Shown: positions 1 to 11,129 of the stretch, in pieces
Layout: the number at the start of each line of letters is the position of its first letter
Numbering within the stretch: the first letter of the stretch is position 1
DNA from: Verrucomicrobiia bacterium
Lineage (GTDB): Bacteria > Verrucomicrobiota > Verrucomicrobiia > Limisphaerales > UBA1319
DNA length: 64,000 nucleotides
Assembly: GCA_963664225.1 (NCBI GenBank)
Contig: OY760937.1
Span: 3,744,001 to 3,808,000, forward strand
Direction: 5' to 3'
Program-made: the position numbers and the translations under genes
The notes under the pieces: model-generated
Told to the model about the DNA's origin: nothing
Database searches by the model: none
The model's input: the letters and a program-made list of their open reading frames with translations, nothing else

Positions 1-346
1 CACTCAGGTATTCGAGCACGCGGCTGCGCGCCCAGTAGGGATCCGTGCCGTCCTCAAAAATGACATACACGAATGAGAAGCCGTAGAACGAATAGCCGCG
101 CACCACTTTTGCCTTGGGCACCGAGAGCATCTTGGTGGTGAGCGGATAGGTGACCTGATCCTGGACGATCTGCGGCGCCTGACCGGGCCACTCGGTATAG
201 ACGATGACCTGCACGTCGGACTGGTCAGGGATGGCATCCAGCGGGATGTTCTTGAGCGCATAAAGCCCCCCCATCACCAGCAGGATCGTTCCCAGCAGGA
301 CGATGAACTTGTTCTTAAGCGAAAAATCGATGATGCCTTTAAGCAT
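1..346 (-). CDS. cusA: CusA/CzcA family heavy-metal RND efflux transporter, N-terminal part (runs off left edge)
   Basis: Manual translation from ATG at 346: [18 protein letters not shown]...[44 protein letters not shown]...[15 protein letters not shown], a typical CusA N-terminus. Lies downstream of cusB. Confidence 0.93.
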   Translation of the reverse strand, partial: MLKGIIDFSLKNKFIVLLGTILLVMGGLYALKNIPLDAIPDQSDVQVIVYTEWPGQAPQIVQDQVTYPLTTKMLSVPKAKVVRGYSFYGFSFVYVIFEDGTDPYWARSRVLEYLS

Positions 347-363
347 AAGTGGCGGGCTTCGTG

Positions 364-2349
364 TTAATGTTGCTGAGGCATCGTGTCAGCGATTGGCGGA
401 GCGCTCGAATGTTGTTTGCGCCAGGTCTCCTCAGCGACTTTCCCATGGGCCACTGTGCTGGTGGCGACCAATTCCATCTCGCATTTGGGGCATTTGCCGG
501 GTTTGTCCGAAACCACGTCCGCGTGGGACGCCATCGGGCAGGTGTAAAGCGTGACGGGGATGGACGACGTGGGTTGAACTTTCTCAACAACCGGCTGGTT
601 TGTGGCGGTGTTTAAAATGGGCGCCGCCTGCATCACGGGAATCAACGTCATGTCGCACCGGGGGCACTTGCCCGGTTTGTCCATGTGAACATCGTTGTGT
701 TCGGGCATGGGGCAGGTGTAATAGAGCAATTGGCCGCCGGGTTGAAGATTCTTCAAGGTGGCAGCGGTTATAGGCACGAGTGTCATTCCGCAGATGGAGC
801 ACTTGCCTGAATGATCGTACTGGATTGAAACGTGCTCCGGCATTGGGCAGATGTACTTCACAGAAACATCAGAACGGGCGGCGTTGGTAACATTGAGTGC
901 GGTTGACATCCCATCGTGGGCCGCCTGCGTCAGAGGTTCATTTTCGCCGGGCAAATTGGGATTGGGGCGAAGCATTTTCTGGATCGCCTCCCGAAGCTGG
1001 CTTTCCGAATCGAGCATGAACTGGCCGGAAGTGACGATCCGTTCGCCTTCCTTGAGTCCGCTGATCACCTGGTACATGTCGTTCTCGGCCTGGGGGCCCA
1101 GGATGAGGGTGCGGGGTTCAAACTTCCCGGCGTCGAGGGCCACAAAGACCGTGTTCTTCTCACCACTGCGCAGGATGGCCATATCGGGAACCAACAGCAC
1201 GGAAGGGTCCAATTCAGAGGAGACCTGGACTGTCGCAAACATGCCCGGTTTTAGATAATAGCCCGGGTTGTGAAATTCCATCCGCACGCGCGCTGTCCGG
1301 GTCTTTTCATCCACGTTGGGATAGATGTAGGTGACCCTTCCGCGGAACTCTCGGTCGGAGAGATAGGACAGCGTGACAGTGGCTTCCTGTCCCAGCTTCA
1401 CATAGGAGAGGTCCTGTTCATAAACCTGGGCCTGCACCCAGACCAGACCCAAATCCGCCAGCCGATAGATCTTCATGCCGGGTTCCACCATCTGGCCTTG
1501 AACCACCATTTTTTCCACTATAAAACCATCCATTGGAGCGAGGATGCGCAGGGTTTTGCTGGGCTGGCCGGTGCGGTCCAGGTCGGCAATTTGAGCGTCG
1601 GAGATGTCATAAAACTTCAGCTTGGTCAACGCGCTGATTTTGAGGGCCGTGGCGCCAGGCGCATTTGTTCCCTGCTCCCTGGCGAGCAAGTATTCCCGCT
1701 GAGCGCTGTAAAGTTCCGGGGAATAAATCTCGAACAACGGATCGCCGCGATGGACCTGCTGGCCGGTGGCGTCCACGTAAAGTTTCTCGATCCAACCTTT
1801 AAACTTGGTGGTCACATCCTCCTGTGAGGTTTCGTTGTAATCGATGGCGCCCACAGTGCGAATGACCCGGCGCAATGGACCGCGGGTGACCTTTGCCGTG
1901 CGGATGCCCATGTTTTGGATGGTGACGGAGTCGATCTCGATGGTTTGCGACTGGGCGGCAGAGGCCTCGTCGTCATAGACCGGGACCATCTCCATGCCCA
2001 TCGCGTCCTTGCCGGGTGTCTGCCGCACTTCGCCCGGTGTCATCGTGGACTTGTAGTATTTAATCTTGCGCTCGCCGGTGTTTGTTGCGGGCGCGTTGGT
2101 GGTTCCAGAGGTTCCGGCCTGCTTGCGGATCGGCGTGAGTTTCATTCCGCAGATCGGGCAATTACCCGGTTTATCCTGGATGACCTGGGGATGCATGCCG
2201 CAGGTGTAAAGGGTTTTGGCCGCCTCAGCGTTTGCGACAGGCCCCTGCGCACGCCCACAACCCGTAACTAAGAGACCAGCGCCGACAGTCATCAACAAAG
2301 CCAGCGTGCATAGAACCGGCCATTTCCAATTCAGGGTCTTGCATTTCAT
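364..2349 (-). CDS. cusB: CusB-type RND periplasmic adaptor with several heavy-metal-binding domains
   Basis: MFP core ([35 protein letters not shown]) plus four YxC(P/G)M...PGxCPxCxMxL-type motifs. Confidence 0.9.
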   Translation of the reverse strand: MKCKTLNWKWPVLCTLALLMTVGAGLLVTGCGRAQGPVANAEAAKTLYTCGMHPQVIQDKPGNCPICGMKLTPIRKQAGTSGTTNAPATNTGERKIKYYKSTMTPGEVRQTPGKDAMGMEMVPVYDDEASAAQSQTIEIDSVTIQNMGIRTAKVTRGPLRRVIRTVGAIDYNETSQEDVTTKFKGWIEKLYVDATGQQVHRGDPLFEIYSPELYSAQREYLLAREQGTNAPGATALKISALTKLKFYDISDAQIADLDRTGQPSKTLRILAPMDGFIVEKMVVQGQMVEPGMKIYRLADLGLVWVQAQVYEQDLSYVKLGQEATVTLSYLSDREFRGRVTYIYPNVDEKTRTARVRMEFHNPGYYLKPGMFATVQVSSELDPSVLLVPDMAILRSGEKNTVFVALDAGKFEPRTLILGPQAENDMYQVISGLKEGERIVTSGQFMLDSESQLREAIQKMLRPNPNLPGENEPLTQAAHDGMSTALNVTNAARSDVSVKYICPMPEHVSIQYDHSGKCSICGMTLVPITAATLKNLQPGGQLLYYTCPMPEHNDVHMDKPGKCPRCDMTLIPVMQAAPILNTATNQPVVEKVQPTSSIPVTLYTCPMASHADVVSDKPGKCPKCEMELVATSTVAHGKVAEETWRKQHSSAPPIADTMPQQH

Positions 2350-2375
2350 AAATAGTGATTGGTTTGCCGGTAAAA

Positions 2376-3785
2376 TTACATCCCTCCGGTCTGTTTCTTT
2401 GGTGTTGCGGGATTGCCGCCAGACATACCGGGAGACTTTGAATCTGTGGCAGAATTGGATGGTGGCATGCCCACGATGATCAGCGAGAGTTCAGCCAGGG
2501 TGATCTCGCGCTGCATGGTCGCTTCGACCTGGTCCAACTCAAAATTTAGCAAGGTTCGTTCCGCATCGGTCAGATTGAAAAAATCGATTTGACCGCCAAG
2601 ATAACCTGAGCGAGCCACCTCCAGGGAAAGACGGGCTTTGGGCAACAATTGGTCAATGAGCAGGGCCAGGTTTCGCGTGGCCTCCCGATACTGGAAACTT
2701 CTGTCTGCAAAATTCACAGCCAGCGCAATTTGCTCGTCAGAAAGGCGCGCTTCAGCAGAACGTTTATTGGCTTGAGCCTCCGCGATTTGCGCCGCGATCT
2801 TGTCCCGCCAGATTGGCAGCGTCATCGTGCCCAGGGGACGATAGAGCGTCGGGTCCATCTGCGCGTCGGCCATGAGCCCCAGACTGAAATCAGGCCTGCG
2901 CGCGTTGCGAGCCAGCATTACCGAAACATCCGCCGCGCGCACCTCGGCCTCCAGGGCTTTGAGCCGGGTATTTTGAGCCATTGCGGTCTCAAGAAGCTTG
3001 TCGGAAGTCAAATCCAGGGGTGTGGATTCGAAGTTTCTTGGGATTGGAGGGGTTGAATCATGAGCTTTCAGCCCCAACGCCGCCTTGAATTGCGCCAGGA
3101 ATGAGTTGCGCGAATCCTCAAGATTGTTGATCTCCGTCGCGAGACGGGCCTGCTCGATTTGCGCGCGGAGCACATCCTGCAAAGTCACCTTGCCCACTTC
3201 GTTTTGCGCGCGGGCAAGCTTTTCCAGTCCTGCCAGCAGATTGAAGTTCTCGCGATTGACGTGGATTTTCTCCTCGAGAAAGAAAAGCTGGTAATAGGTC
3301 TTCTTCACATCGAAGGCACTCTTCAGGACCGCCGACTGAAACGCGTAATATTTGGCCTGGCTTTCAGCCGACGCCACCCCGGCTCCAGCGCGGAGCTTGC
3401 CCAGCCACGGAAAATTGGCCATCAGCCCCGGCATGATGGAAGTGACGACATTCTGGATATCCATCTGAAACGTCAACTGCGGGTCGGGAAGCGAACGGGC
3501 CGTGGTGATGCGTTCCACCGAAGCCGCCCAGTCGTAATAGGCCGCCTCGACACCCGGCTGATTCAGAAGGGCGAATGTTAAATAATCGCCCAGGCTGGAA
3601 TTGGTCGTTAGAACCGGAAGAGCGGGTTTTTGGTTATTTGGACGATAATTATTACCAGCTTCCTGAATTTGCCGCCGCGCATCCTTTTCTGCCCGGGTCG
3701 GGACTCCTTTGCAACCGGCAAGGGCAAAAAGCGCCACCCCCAGGAAGCCAGCCGTCGTTAAATAAAGTGCCCTCGTGAACCTCAT
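2376..3785 (-). CDS. TolC/CusC family outer-membrane efflux lipoprotein
   Basis: Lipobox LAGC, OEP-like helical repeats (ARSLPDPQL, DVLRAQIE), first gene of the efflux operon. Confidence 0.88.
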   Translation of the reverse strand: MRFTRALYLTTAGFLGVALFALAGCKGVPTRAEKDARRQIQEAGNNYRPNNQKPALPVLTTNSSLGDYLTFALLNQPGVEAAYYDWAASVERITTARSLPDPQLTFQMDIQNVVTSIMPGLMANFPWLGKLRAGAGVASAESQAKYYAFQSAVLKSAFDVKKTYYQLFFLEEKIHVNRENFNLLAGLEKLARAQNEVGKVTLQDVLRAQIEQARLATEINNLEDSRNSFLAQFKAALGLKAHDSTPPIPRNFESTPLDLTSDKLLETAMAQNTRLKALEAEVRAADVSVMLARNARRPDFSLGLMADAQMDPTLYRPLGTMTLPIWRDKIAAQIAEAQANKRSAEARLSDEQIALAVNFADRSFQYREATRNLALLIDQLLPKARLSLEVARSGYLGGQIDFFNLTDAERTLLNFELDQVEATMQREITLAELSLIIVGMPPSNSATDSKSPGMSGGNPATPKKQTGGM

Positions 3786-4706
3786 GGAAAATATTATATT
3801 TAGTATATGTGAATAAGAAAGCTAACATTAAGGCGAGAATGGTGGGCATCCATCGCTTGTGGTTGTTTCAGTCCCAAAAGATCGATCACGGCTTCTTGCA
3901 CAAAAATATTCATCGAAAGATGAACCGGCCTTTAATGGTGGTCCTGGGGGGGCGTCGCAGCGCTGCCCTGATCAGATGATCCGCAATCGACGGTAAGAAT
4001 CATCATGCCCGTCAAAAGCACGCCGAAAAGGAGGAATTTTGGATCTTCCAACATAATTGTGTTATTTTAGCGATTTCAACCGATATGCCGATCAACAGGG
4101 CCTCGACAAAAATCCAAGCTTCGCCTGGATGCCTGAGAAAGCTTTCCAAATTGTGTCGCTGACTGGCACGCTCTTTATACGCGGCCCCATGGAATATCCC
4201 TCAAAGTATTTGTAATGGAAATTAATTCTATCGATTGTTGTCACAACAAGGATCGAGTTTTAATGGCATGGAATGCCGCAAATCATGACAACATGATCAG
4301 CGAGCACGCCGTCAGGATTGCAGAAAGCAGGGCTTTTTTCCAGATTGCCAATTGCAATATAGAAAATTCGGCAGTCGTAAGCGGGAATGTCCGGACTTCA
4401 TCTGCCGCTTTAAATTCAAATTGCGGCCCTGTTTGCCACGCCAAGAGCATCGACAAAGCATCGATTGTTCACATGCCGACTCTCTCCATTAGGGACGCGA
4501 TTGTGGTCTGCGGACTGCGAGTTTATTCCCGGTGGACGTTTCCGTTGTTCACTGAGCAAGAACATCCCACTGTGGTTGTCTTGGGTTTGTTAATCTGGGA
4601 GCGGCCGCGAATAAAGGTCCAGTTTGCGATGTTTCAGATATGCAGTTGAATCACTGCGGCGAGACTTGGCAACCGAGGACAGCATCCAGTAACTTGTCAG
4701 ACGATA

Positions 4707-6206
4707 ATGGAACGCAACGATATTGACCGGCAGGCCCTGTTCGGGAAGCGCCTGGACGAGAAGGCCCAGCACTCGCCGATCGCCGGCGATGAAGGTCCGG
4801 GCTCCGCTGCGTTCGCGTCCCAGACTCCGGGCCAGCCGTGCAAAGGCCGCGCCTCCAGTGTTTTTGTATTCAACCCCTTTTCCGAGGGGCATATCGCGCA
4901 CGGACAGTCCTTCACTCCCGTAAAGCACCAGGCGAAGCTCGCCGAAGATCTGGCCAACCTGCCGCAATTCCTCTGTCAGTCGGGCGATATTGTGCTCTTG
5001 GCGAAGCGACCATCGGCGGGCTTTCTAAACGACCTCAAGCAAGCCGGATTTCCGTTGCCGGAGTTCGTCGAGCTTCGAGAAGGGCGCATCGATCCTGCCG
5101 ATAATCTCAGTCAGCGAAAGTTAAGCCGTTTGCGGCCTTGGGCTTGGGGGCCGGACAGTGTCAAATTGTTCGAGCCGCTCCTTGCACGGGTGGCCTGCGA
5201 AACGCGAGTCGCAAACCAATATTTCAATGACGACATCGCCCGTCTTTATTCCAAGGCCTGGAGCGCGGATTTTCTAAGGAAGGTCTTGGATCGTCGCCGC
5301 CTTGGCGCTGGGATCGCCGAATCCTGGCTTTGCTCTAAGCAGGAGGCTGGCATCGCGGTGGACAACTTTGAGGATGCGCTTGGGGCCATCGCCACCATTC
5401 GTCGCCGTGGTCATCATCGCGTGGTGGTCAAAGAAGCGCTCGGCCTGGCGGGACACAATGCCATCCGACTATGGGAGCCGGAGCTGTTGGCGGCGCAGCG
5501 GCAGTGGCTGATTCATGCCCTGGAGGCCGGACGTCAACTGGTCGTTGAACCCTGGCTGGAACGCGAGTTGGACTTCTCTGTACAGTTGGAAATGGGGTCG
5601 CGCGACCTCAGGCTCTGCGGCTATACCGGCCTGGTCAACGATCGCAAGGGGCAATTCCTGGCCAACTGGGCGGAGGCCGGTTATAGCCGGTGCCTGCCTG
5701 CAAAAGTGGTCGCCTTATCCCATGCGCAGACCGATATTTCGGAACAACTTCAACGCCTCTACGGCGAAATCATTTCCGTGCTCGAAGCGGAATTGCAACG
5801 CGCCGGCTTTATCGGACCGATCAGTATCGATGCCTTCGTTTATCGCACGCCACTGGGGGACTGTCGGCTCAAGCCCGTAGTGGAAATTAATCCCCGTTAC
5901 ACGATGGGGCGTCTGACGTTGGAGCTGATGAAGCACACCTGTCCCGGAAGCAGTGGCCTCTTCCGCCTGGTCACTCACACCCAGGCGCGCACTGAAGGAT
6001 TTGCCGATCTTTCCAGCTACGCCCGTTCCTTGGGCGAGAGCCATCCGCTGCGTCTCGAGGGTGAACCATTGCCAAAAATCCGCCGTGGAGCCCTTTGCTT
6101 GAACGATCCCGTCGCGGCACAGGTTTGCCTCGCAACGCTCACGGTCAGTCCCACATTGAACTGGCCCGGTTCACTCAGCGGCATTGAACCCCAGCCCACC
6201 CATTAA
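4707..6206 (+). CDS. ATP-grasp fold protein of unknown substrate
   Basis: Motifs VVVKEALGLAG, VVEPWL, GPISIDAF, VEINPRYTMG; stop is 2 nt before miaA. Confidence 0.7.
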   Translation: MERNDIDRQALFGKRLDEKAQHSPIAGDEGPGSAAFASQTPGQPCKGRASSVFVFNPFSEGHIAHGQSFTPVKHQAKLAEDLANLPQFLCQSGDIVLLAKRPSAGFLNDLKQAGFPLPEFVELREGRIDPADNLSQRKLSRLRPWAWGPDSVKLFEPLLARVACETRVANQYFNDDIARLYSKAWSADFLRKVLDRRRLGAGIAESWLCSKQEAGIAVDNFEDALGAIATIRRRGHHRVVVKEALGLAGHNAIRLWEPELLAAQRQWLIHALEAGRQLVVEPWLERELDFSVQLEMGSRDLRLCGYTGLVNDRKGQFLANWAEAGYSRCLPAKVVALSHAQTDISEQLQRLYGEIISVLEAELQRAGFIGPISIDAFVYRTPLGDCRLKPVVEINPRYTMGRLTLELMKHTCPGSSGLFRLVTHTQARTEGFADLSSYARSLGESHPLRLEGEPLPKIRRGALCLNDPVAAQVCLATLTVSPTLNWPGSLSGIEPQPTH

Positions 6207-6208
6207 CC

Positions 6209-7123
6209 ATGCAGAAACTTATCATCATACTCGGGACAAATGCTTCCGGAAAGAGCGATCTCGGGATTCGCCTGGCCGGGCATTTCGGTGGCGAAATTAT
6301 CTCCGCCGATTCCCGTCAGGTCTATCGCGGCCTCGACTTGGGCAGCGGCAAGATAACACCGGCTCAAGCCGCCACGGTCAAACACCACCTCATCGATGTC
6401 GCCGATCTCTCCGAATATTACTCGCTGGCGCAATATCAACGGGATGCTTACAGCGCCATCGACTCCATTTCCGGTGCCGGGAAAATGCCCCTGCTCGTTG
6501 GTGGAACCGGCCTATACATCAGTGCCATCGTCGAAGGTTATCAACTGGTGGATGTCCCGCCAAACGACTCGTTGCGTGCCGAGCTCGAGTCTCTTGCCCT
6601 CCCTCAATTGGTCGAGCGTCTTGAAAAATCGGATCCGGACGCGGCCAGCCGCATCGACAAAAGCAATGGACGCCGGCTCATACGGGCCATCGAAATCGCT
6701 TCCGCCGGTTACACAGGCTCTGAGGCCCGGGAGAAATCGCCCCGATACAATTGCCTTCAACTCGGGTTGACCTGGCCACGCAACATCCTCGAGGAAAGAA
6801 TCGGAAAACGCCTCCATGAGCGCATGGCCAATGGAATGATCGACGAGGTCGCCGCACTCCGTGCCAGCGGCGTGTCCGACATCAGGCTCGACAAACTCGG
6901 CCTGGAGTACCGTTACATCACGAGGTACCTTCGAGGAGAGTTGCGCACCGTGGACGAGCTTTTCGCCCAGCTCGAAATTGCCATACGCCAGTTCGCCAAA
7001 GGCCAATTCACCTGGTTTAAGCGGGACAGCAGAATCATTTGGCTGGACCCCTTCAAAGACTATTTCCAGGAAGCCTGCCACCGCATCGGAGAATGGGAGC
7101 AAAAACTCCCATCGGCACCATAA
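6209..7123 (+). CDS. miaA: tRNA (adenosine(37)-N6)-dimethylallyltransferase
   Basis: GTNASGKS P-loop, ISADSRQVYRGLDLGSGK, HHLID, VGGTGLY, RRLIRAIEI, RQFAKGQFTWF. Confidence 0.93.
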   Translation: MQKLIIILGTNASGKSDLGIRLAGHFGGEIISADSRQVYRGLDLGSGKITPAQAATVKHHLIDVADLSEYYSLAQYQRDAYSAIDSISGAGKMPLLVGGTGLYISAIVEGYQLVDVPPNDSLRAELESLALPQLVERLEKSDPDAASRIDKSNGRRLIRAIEIASAGYTGSEAREKSPRYNCLQLGLTWPRNILEERIGKRLHERMANGMIDEVAALRASGVSDIRLDKLGLEYRYITRYLRGELRTVDELFAQLEIAIRQFAKGQFTWFKRDSRIIWLDPFKDYFQEACHRIGEWEQKLPSAP

Positions 7124-7142
7124 GATCAGTAGGTGGACGTCC

Positions 7143-7757
7143 TCACTGAAATGCTTTTCCACCCAGGAGCCTGGTTATGGCTGCCGTGTATGCCGAGAAC
7201 TCCTTTGTCACATGCGGGCTGCCATTCGGTTTGCCAGACCGGCCAGGATAACTGTTGCAGCCGTGTGTCTCCAAGGTGCGGTCATGATACTGGATTGAAA
7301 GCGACCAGTTTGTGCCATCACAGATGTGAGGATCTGTATAATCGGCACGCCACTGCCAAATATTGGCGTCATCCAGCGCGCGACGAAATTCCCGCCATTG
7401 CTGGGCCGTCGGAGTGATCTTCACGGCTTTGGACTTCCGGGACTCAGAAGACACCGAATAAAACAGGCTGCCCTTCCGCAGTCTAACGCCGTAGGAATTT
7501 CCAAAGTAGCCGCCAATGTATGCTGTGAAACTCGCTGGAATATCGTTCGTTTCTGCGGCAACGGACGAGTCCCGGATGACAGCACCCAGACAGGCGATCG
7601 CCGAAGCCACAGGGATCAGGATTTCTATAATCATATCATGCATCCGTTTGTTCCACGGCAGCGCTGCTGAACGTGTGCGGTCCAATCGGCCAAATGCAGA
7701 AAGATGAGCCACCGCCGATTCGCGACGTGAACCGCGACACCGGAACGAGATGGCCAA
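7143..7757 (-). CDS. Hypothetical protein, probably secreted (true start may be downstream of 7757)
   Basis: Hydrophobic segment IIEILIPVASAIACLGAV followed by a globular region (WQWRADY, DGTNWSL, GCNSYP). Confidence 0.55.
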   Translation of the reverse strand: MAISFRCRGSRRESAVAHLSAFGRLDRTRSAALPWNKRMHDMIIEILIPVASAIACLGAVIRDSSVAAETNDIPASFTAYIGGYFGNSYGVRLRKGSLFYSVSSESRKSKAVKITPTAQQWREFRRALDDANIWQWRADYTDPHICDGTNWSLSIQYHDRTLETHGCNSYPGRSGKPNGSPHVTKEFSAYTAAITRLLGGKAFQ

Positions 7758-8151
7758 CGGCGGCAGGCTTCTGAGACACTTTTTCTGGCATCATAGTCCC
7801 GATTTCGATGTGTAGTTCCATAATAAATCCATGTCTCTACTCAATCTCAAAGCAATTAGAATCGAGTGATCGCTGGGTGTCAGATTTCACAACCTTTCTT
7901 TTGGACGTCGTCACCAATATCGGTTTACGGGGCCAGAAAGGACGCATAATATGCTCCCCGAGGCCTATCTGCGCTCTCTTATCGATTTGAACAATAGACG
8001 TCTAAATGTGGATATTATCGATCCGCAGGTCACTTTGGCATGACCTAATCTTCACATAAAAATCTGCCAAATGCGTCTCCATCCAACCCTAAAAGTTGCA
8101 AATTCTGATGCGAACTTAGGAGTGTTTTCTCACTCGATGACATGCATGAGG

Positions 8152-8227
8152 TGGTGGGCCCAGCCGGATTTGAACCAGCGACCAAGCGATTATGAGTCGC
8201 CTGCTCTAACCGCTGAGCTATGGGCCC
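8152..8227 (-). tRNA. tRNA with CAT anticodon, probably tRNA-Ile2 (lysidine type); tRNA-Met not excluded
   Basis: GGGCCCATAGCTCAGCGGTTAGAGCAGGCGACTCATAATCGCTTGGTCGCTGGTTCAAATCCGGCTGGGCCCACCA: 76-nt cloverleaf with TTC loop and encoded CCA. Confidence 0.95.
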
Positions 8228-8277
8228 AACTAATTGAATTGCAATGACTTAAGCGTGGTCAAAAATAGCCAATTTGA

Positions 8278-8303
8278 CAATCTGATACTGCAATCTGATA
8301 CTG
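8278..8303. repeat. 13-bp tandem direct repeat, possible integrase arm-type or regulatory site
   Basis: caatctgatactg twice, between the tRNA and the integrase ATG at 8309. Confidence 0.6.
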
Positions 8304-8308
8304 CTTGG

Positions 8309-9415
8309 ATGAAAAAGCGCTCCAATCAGCCAGTAACAGTAGCTGAAAGCCAAAGTGACTGGGTAAAGACCCCGACGGCAAATTTGATCCGCTATAAACC
8401 ATCTGGTGTGTATTTCGCCAGAGTTCGGATTCGAGGCAAGCTTTTTCGCCAGACTCTTAAGACTTCGGTCATTAGCGTGGCCAAGCTGCGGCTGGCGGAT
8501 TTCATCAACGAGAAAACGGAAGAGTTGGGGGATGTCTCGCGGGTGGACGCAGGGAGGATGACGGTTGCCGATGCGGTCGCTCTTTTCCATGAGCGCCTCA
8601 ACGGCCAGCAAAACATAAAAGAGGGGGCAAAGGTTTATCGTCGTAAATGCTTGGAGGCCCTTCTTAAATCCTGGCCTGATCTGGAAAGCACGTTGGTTTG
8701 GAAAGTGACCAAGGACGATTGCCTGGCGTGGGCCAAGAAATTTGCCGAAAAATACAGTGCGACGGTTTACAACAACACCGTTGGGACACTCCGCATGATC
8801 TTGGACCTGGCGGTTGAAAAGGGCGCAAGGTCGCAAAACCCCGCCTACGCGATTACAAAAAAGCGGGTGATCCTGAGGGAATTGGTCCTGCCATCGCACG
8901 AGCAATTCGAGAAATTCGTTACGAACATCGAAAAGGCAGGGGCGTGGTGTAGCCAGGAATGCAGTGATCTGGTTCGATTCCTTGCCTTCGGTGGGTTTCG
9001 TAAGACGGAAGCCGCGAATATTCTTTGGGGGGATTGCGATTTTGAGACCGGCCAAATGCGTGTGAGGGTGACAAAGAATGGCAAACCTCGAACCGTGCCC
9101 ATGATCCCCGACATGAAGAATTTGCTTTTGCGTCTCAAGTCCAGCCGAACGGAAGCGTTACCCAGCGAACCGGTCATGCAATTACAGGAATGCCAAAAGG
9201 CCATGGATCGCGCCTTGGAAAAGCTCGGCATGCAACGCATGACGCACCACGATTTGCGGCATCTCTTCGCGACACGTTGCATTGAAAGCGGCGTGGATAT
9301 TCCCACGGTCAGCCGGTGGCTGGGCCATCAGGATGGCGGGGCGCTGGCAATGAAGGTTTACGGCCACTTGCGCAGCGAACATAGCCAGCAAATGGCCCAG
9401 AAGGTCCACTTCTGA
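8309..9415 (+). CDS. Tyrosine recombinase/integrase
   Basis: GFRKTEA, TKNGK, HDLRHLFAT, LGHQDGG, VYGH catalytic motifs; adjacent to the tRNA. ORF track starts at 8234, ATG 8309 preferred. Confidence 0.93.
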   Translation: MKKRSNQPVTVAESQSDWVKTPTANLIRYKPSGVYFARVRIRGKLFRQTLKTSVISVAKLRLADFINEKTEELGDVSRVDAGRMTVADAVALFHERLNGQQNIKEGAKVYRRKCLEALLKSWPDLESTLVWKVTKDDCLAWAKKFAEKYSATVYNNTVGTLRMILDLAVEKGARSQNPAYAITKKRVILRELVLPSHEQFEKFVTNIEKAGAWCSQECSDLVRFLAFGGFRKTEAANILWGDCDFETGQMRVRVTKNGKPRTVPMIPDMKNLLLRLKSSRTEALPSEPVMQLQECQKAMDRALEKLGMQRMTHHDLRHLFATRCIESGVDIPTVSRWLGHQDGGALAMKVYGHLRSEHSQQMAQKVHF

Positions 9416-9582
9416 GTTTTGGAAATTGGTTTGTCTGTGGCCCTGTCTTTATAGGGTCGTTGTGCATCATCCTCAGCCGCACCCCTTCAAACCTGTGGCA
9501 ATCGACTGTAAAATACCCTCAGATTGCCTCTTAAATTCCCCGTATATAGGCCGTTAAAATGAGGCAGAAAGATTAGAAACCT

Positions 9583-10788
9583 ATGCAGCGAAGCGGTCGC
9601 CCCAGTTTAACCTTTTGTCGGTCCAATAGCCCCTTGTTGCACCGTGGTTTTACGATGCTTGAGCTGATCGTAAGCCTTTGTATTGTTGCGGCGCTGGCAG
9701 CAATGATGGTACCCGCGATTATCGGGGCGGTCAATGGTGCCAAGCAGGCTGCCGATAGTCATACGCTGGCGATTCTCAATGACGCACTCACGCGCTACAA
9801 GGTTGAGGGCGGTGGCGTAGCGGCGTTAACGGCCAGTACACCGATTTCCCACGTGATTGCGGCGTTGGGGCAAACGGTAGACTGGGGTGGCTTGAAACAT
9901 CAGTTCCTAGGCAGGGGAGTAACCTACAGAGGCAAGTCCATTGATGCCAAGGGTGTGGCGGCACAGTATCGGTTTACAAGGTATAATACTTACACGGCGG
10001 AAACGGGGGGCACCAGCCCAGTGACGCCTAGTGGGCCCTATGTTTACGTGGCAGATAATATCCATAAGCTCGTATGCAAGTTTGATAGTAGTGAAACCTT
10101 TGTCATGTCTTTCGGAAGTGGCTACCTTAATCAACCCAGTAGTCTCACAATCGATGGCAGCGGGAATATTCTGGTCACAGATATGACCAACCACTGCGTG
10201 GTGAAATTCGATAGTAACGGAGGTTATCTCTCATCCTTCGGTAGCTCAAATCTCAGTTGGCCTCAAGGTATAACCGTCGATAGTAGCGGGAATATCTTAG
10301 TGGTAGATGCTTCCCCCCACTGTGTAAAAAAGTTCAATAGCGGCGGAGGTTATCTCTCATCCTTCGGTAGCTCAAATCTCAGTTGGCCAATCAGCATTGT
10401 CATCGACACTGGAGGTAATATCCTGGTGACAGATTGGACCAGCCATAAAGTTGCCAAATTCGATAGCAGTGGAGGTTATCTCTCATCCTTTGGCAGTGCC
10501 AATCTCACTCGAGCCGACGGCATCGCAATTGATGGCAGCGGAAATATTCTGGTGACTGATGATTCTAGTCATAAAGTCGCAAAATTCGATAGCAGTGGAG
10601 GTTATCTCTCATCCTTTGGCAGCGCCAATCTCACTGGCCCCACTGGAATTGCAGTCGTTAACAGCGGCAATATATTGGTGGCAGATTCTAGCGGCCATTG
10701 TATGGTAAATTTCGACAGCGGCGGAAACTATCTCTCATCCTTTGGGGGCACGAATCTCTCTTGTGCTCAGTATTTTATCGTTCGATAG
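9583..10788 (+). CDS. Prepilin-type N-terminal methylation domain protein fused to an NHL-repeat beta-propeller
   Basis: GFTMLELIVSLCIVAALAAMMVP cleavage motif; about five 42-aa repeats (GGYLSSFGSxNLxxPxGIxxDxxGNILVxD). Confidence 0.85.
   Translation: MQRSGRPSLTFCRSNSPLLHRGFTMLELIVSLCIVAALAAMMVPAIIGAVNGAKQAADSHTLAILNDALTRYKVEGGGVAALTASTPISHVIAALGQTVDWGGLKHQFLGRGVTYRGKSIDAKGVAAQYRFTRYNTYTAETGGTSPVTPSGPYVYVADNIHKLVCKFDSSETFVMSFGSGYLNQPSSLTIDGSGNILVTDMTNHCVVKFDSNGGYLSSFGSSNLSWPQGITVDSSGNILVVDASPHCVKKFNSGGGYLSSFGSSNLSWPISIVIDTGGNILVTDWTSHKVAKFDSSGGYLSSFGSANLTRADGIAIDGSGNILVTDDSSHKVAKFDSSGGYLSSFGSANLTGPTGIAVVNSGNILVADSSGHCMVNFDSGGNYLSSFGGTNLSCAQYFIVR
10219..10760 (+). repeat. 126-bp coding tandem repeats (NHL units)
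   Basis: ggaggttatctctcatcctt at 10219, 10345, 10471 and 10597, with a degenerate fifth copy near 10723. Confidence 0.9.
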
Positions 10789-10913
10789 GGAGTGTTCGCA
10801 AAGTCTTAACGGCATATGGGCGATAGGTATAATGGCTTTATAGCAAAGAGAATAATAAGTGACAAGGTATGGAAGGCATAGGGGCCTAAGGTAATAGAAG
10901 CGAGCGGCAATAT

Positions 10914-11129
10914 GTGAGCACCACCGCAGCCTACAGCGTCACCAACGGTGATACATGGGCTGCAAGCACGGTTCCTAGTGTTGCGTGGAATTCAGTAGTT
11001 TATGGAGCTAGAAAATATGTGGCGACATCTAGTGCTACGCAAGCCGCCTATAGCACCGATGCCGGTGTGACATGGATTCCCATAACACTTCCCGCCCCCG
11101 GCAACTGGTATGTGACCGCCAGCCAATAA
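10914..11129 (+). pseudogene. Fragment of a BNR/beta-propeller-like surface protein
   Basis: AAYSxxxGxTW occurs twice; no good start context. Confidence 0.45.

Noticed and set aside
3800..4700. ORF 4215-4649 and other short ORFs upstream of the efflux operon
   Set aside because: No recognisable motifs; may be intergenic or decayed sequence.
8249..9055. 268-aa minus-strand ORF
   Set aside because: Antisense to the integrase.
10219..10760. Regular repeats as a CRISPR array
   Set aside because: In-frame 126-bp NHL coding repeats whose intervening segments are homologous to each other.
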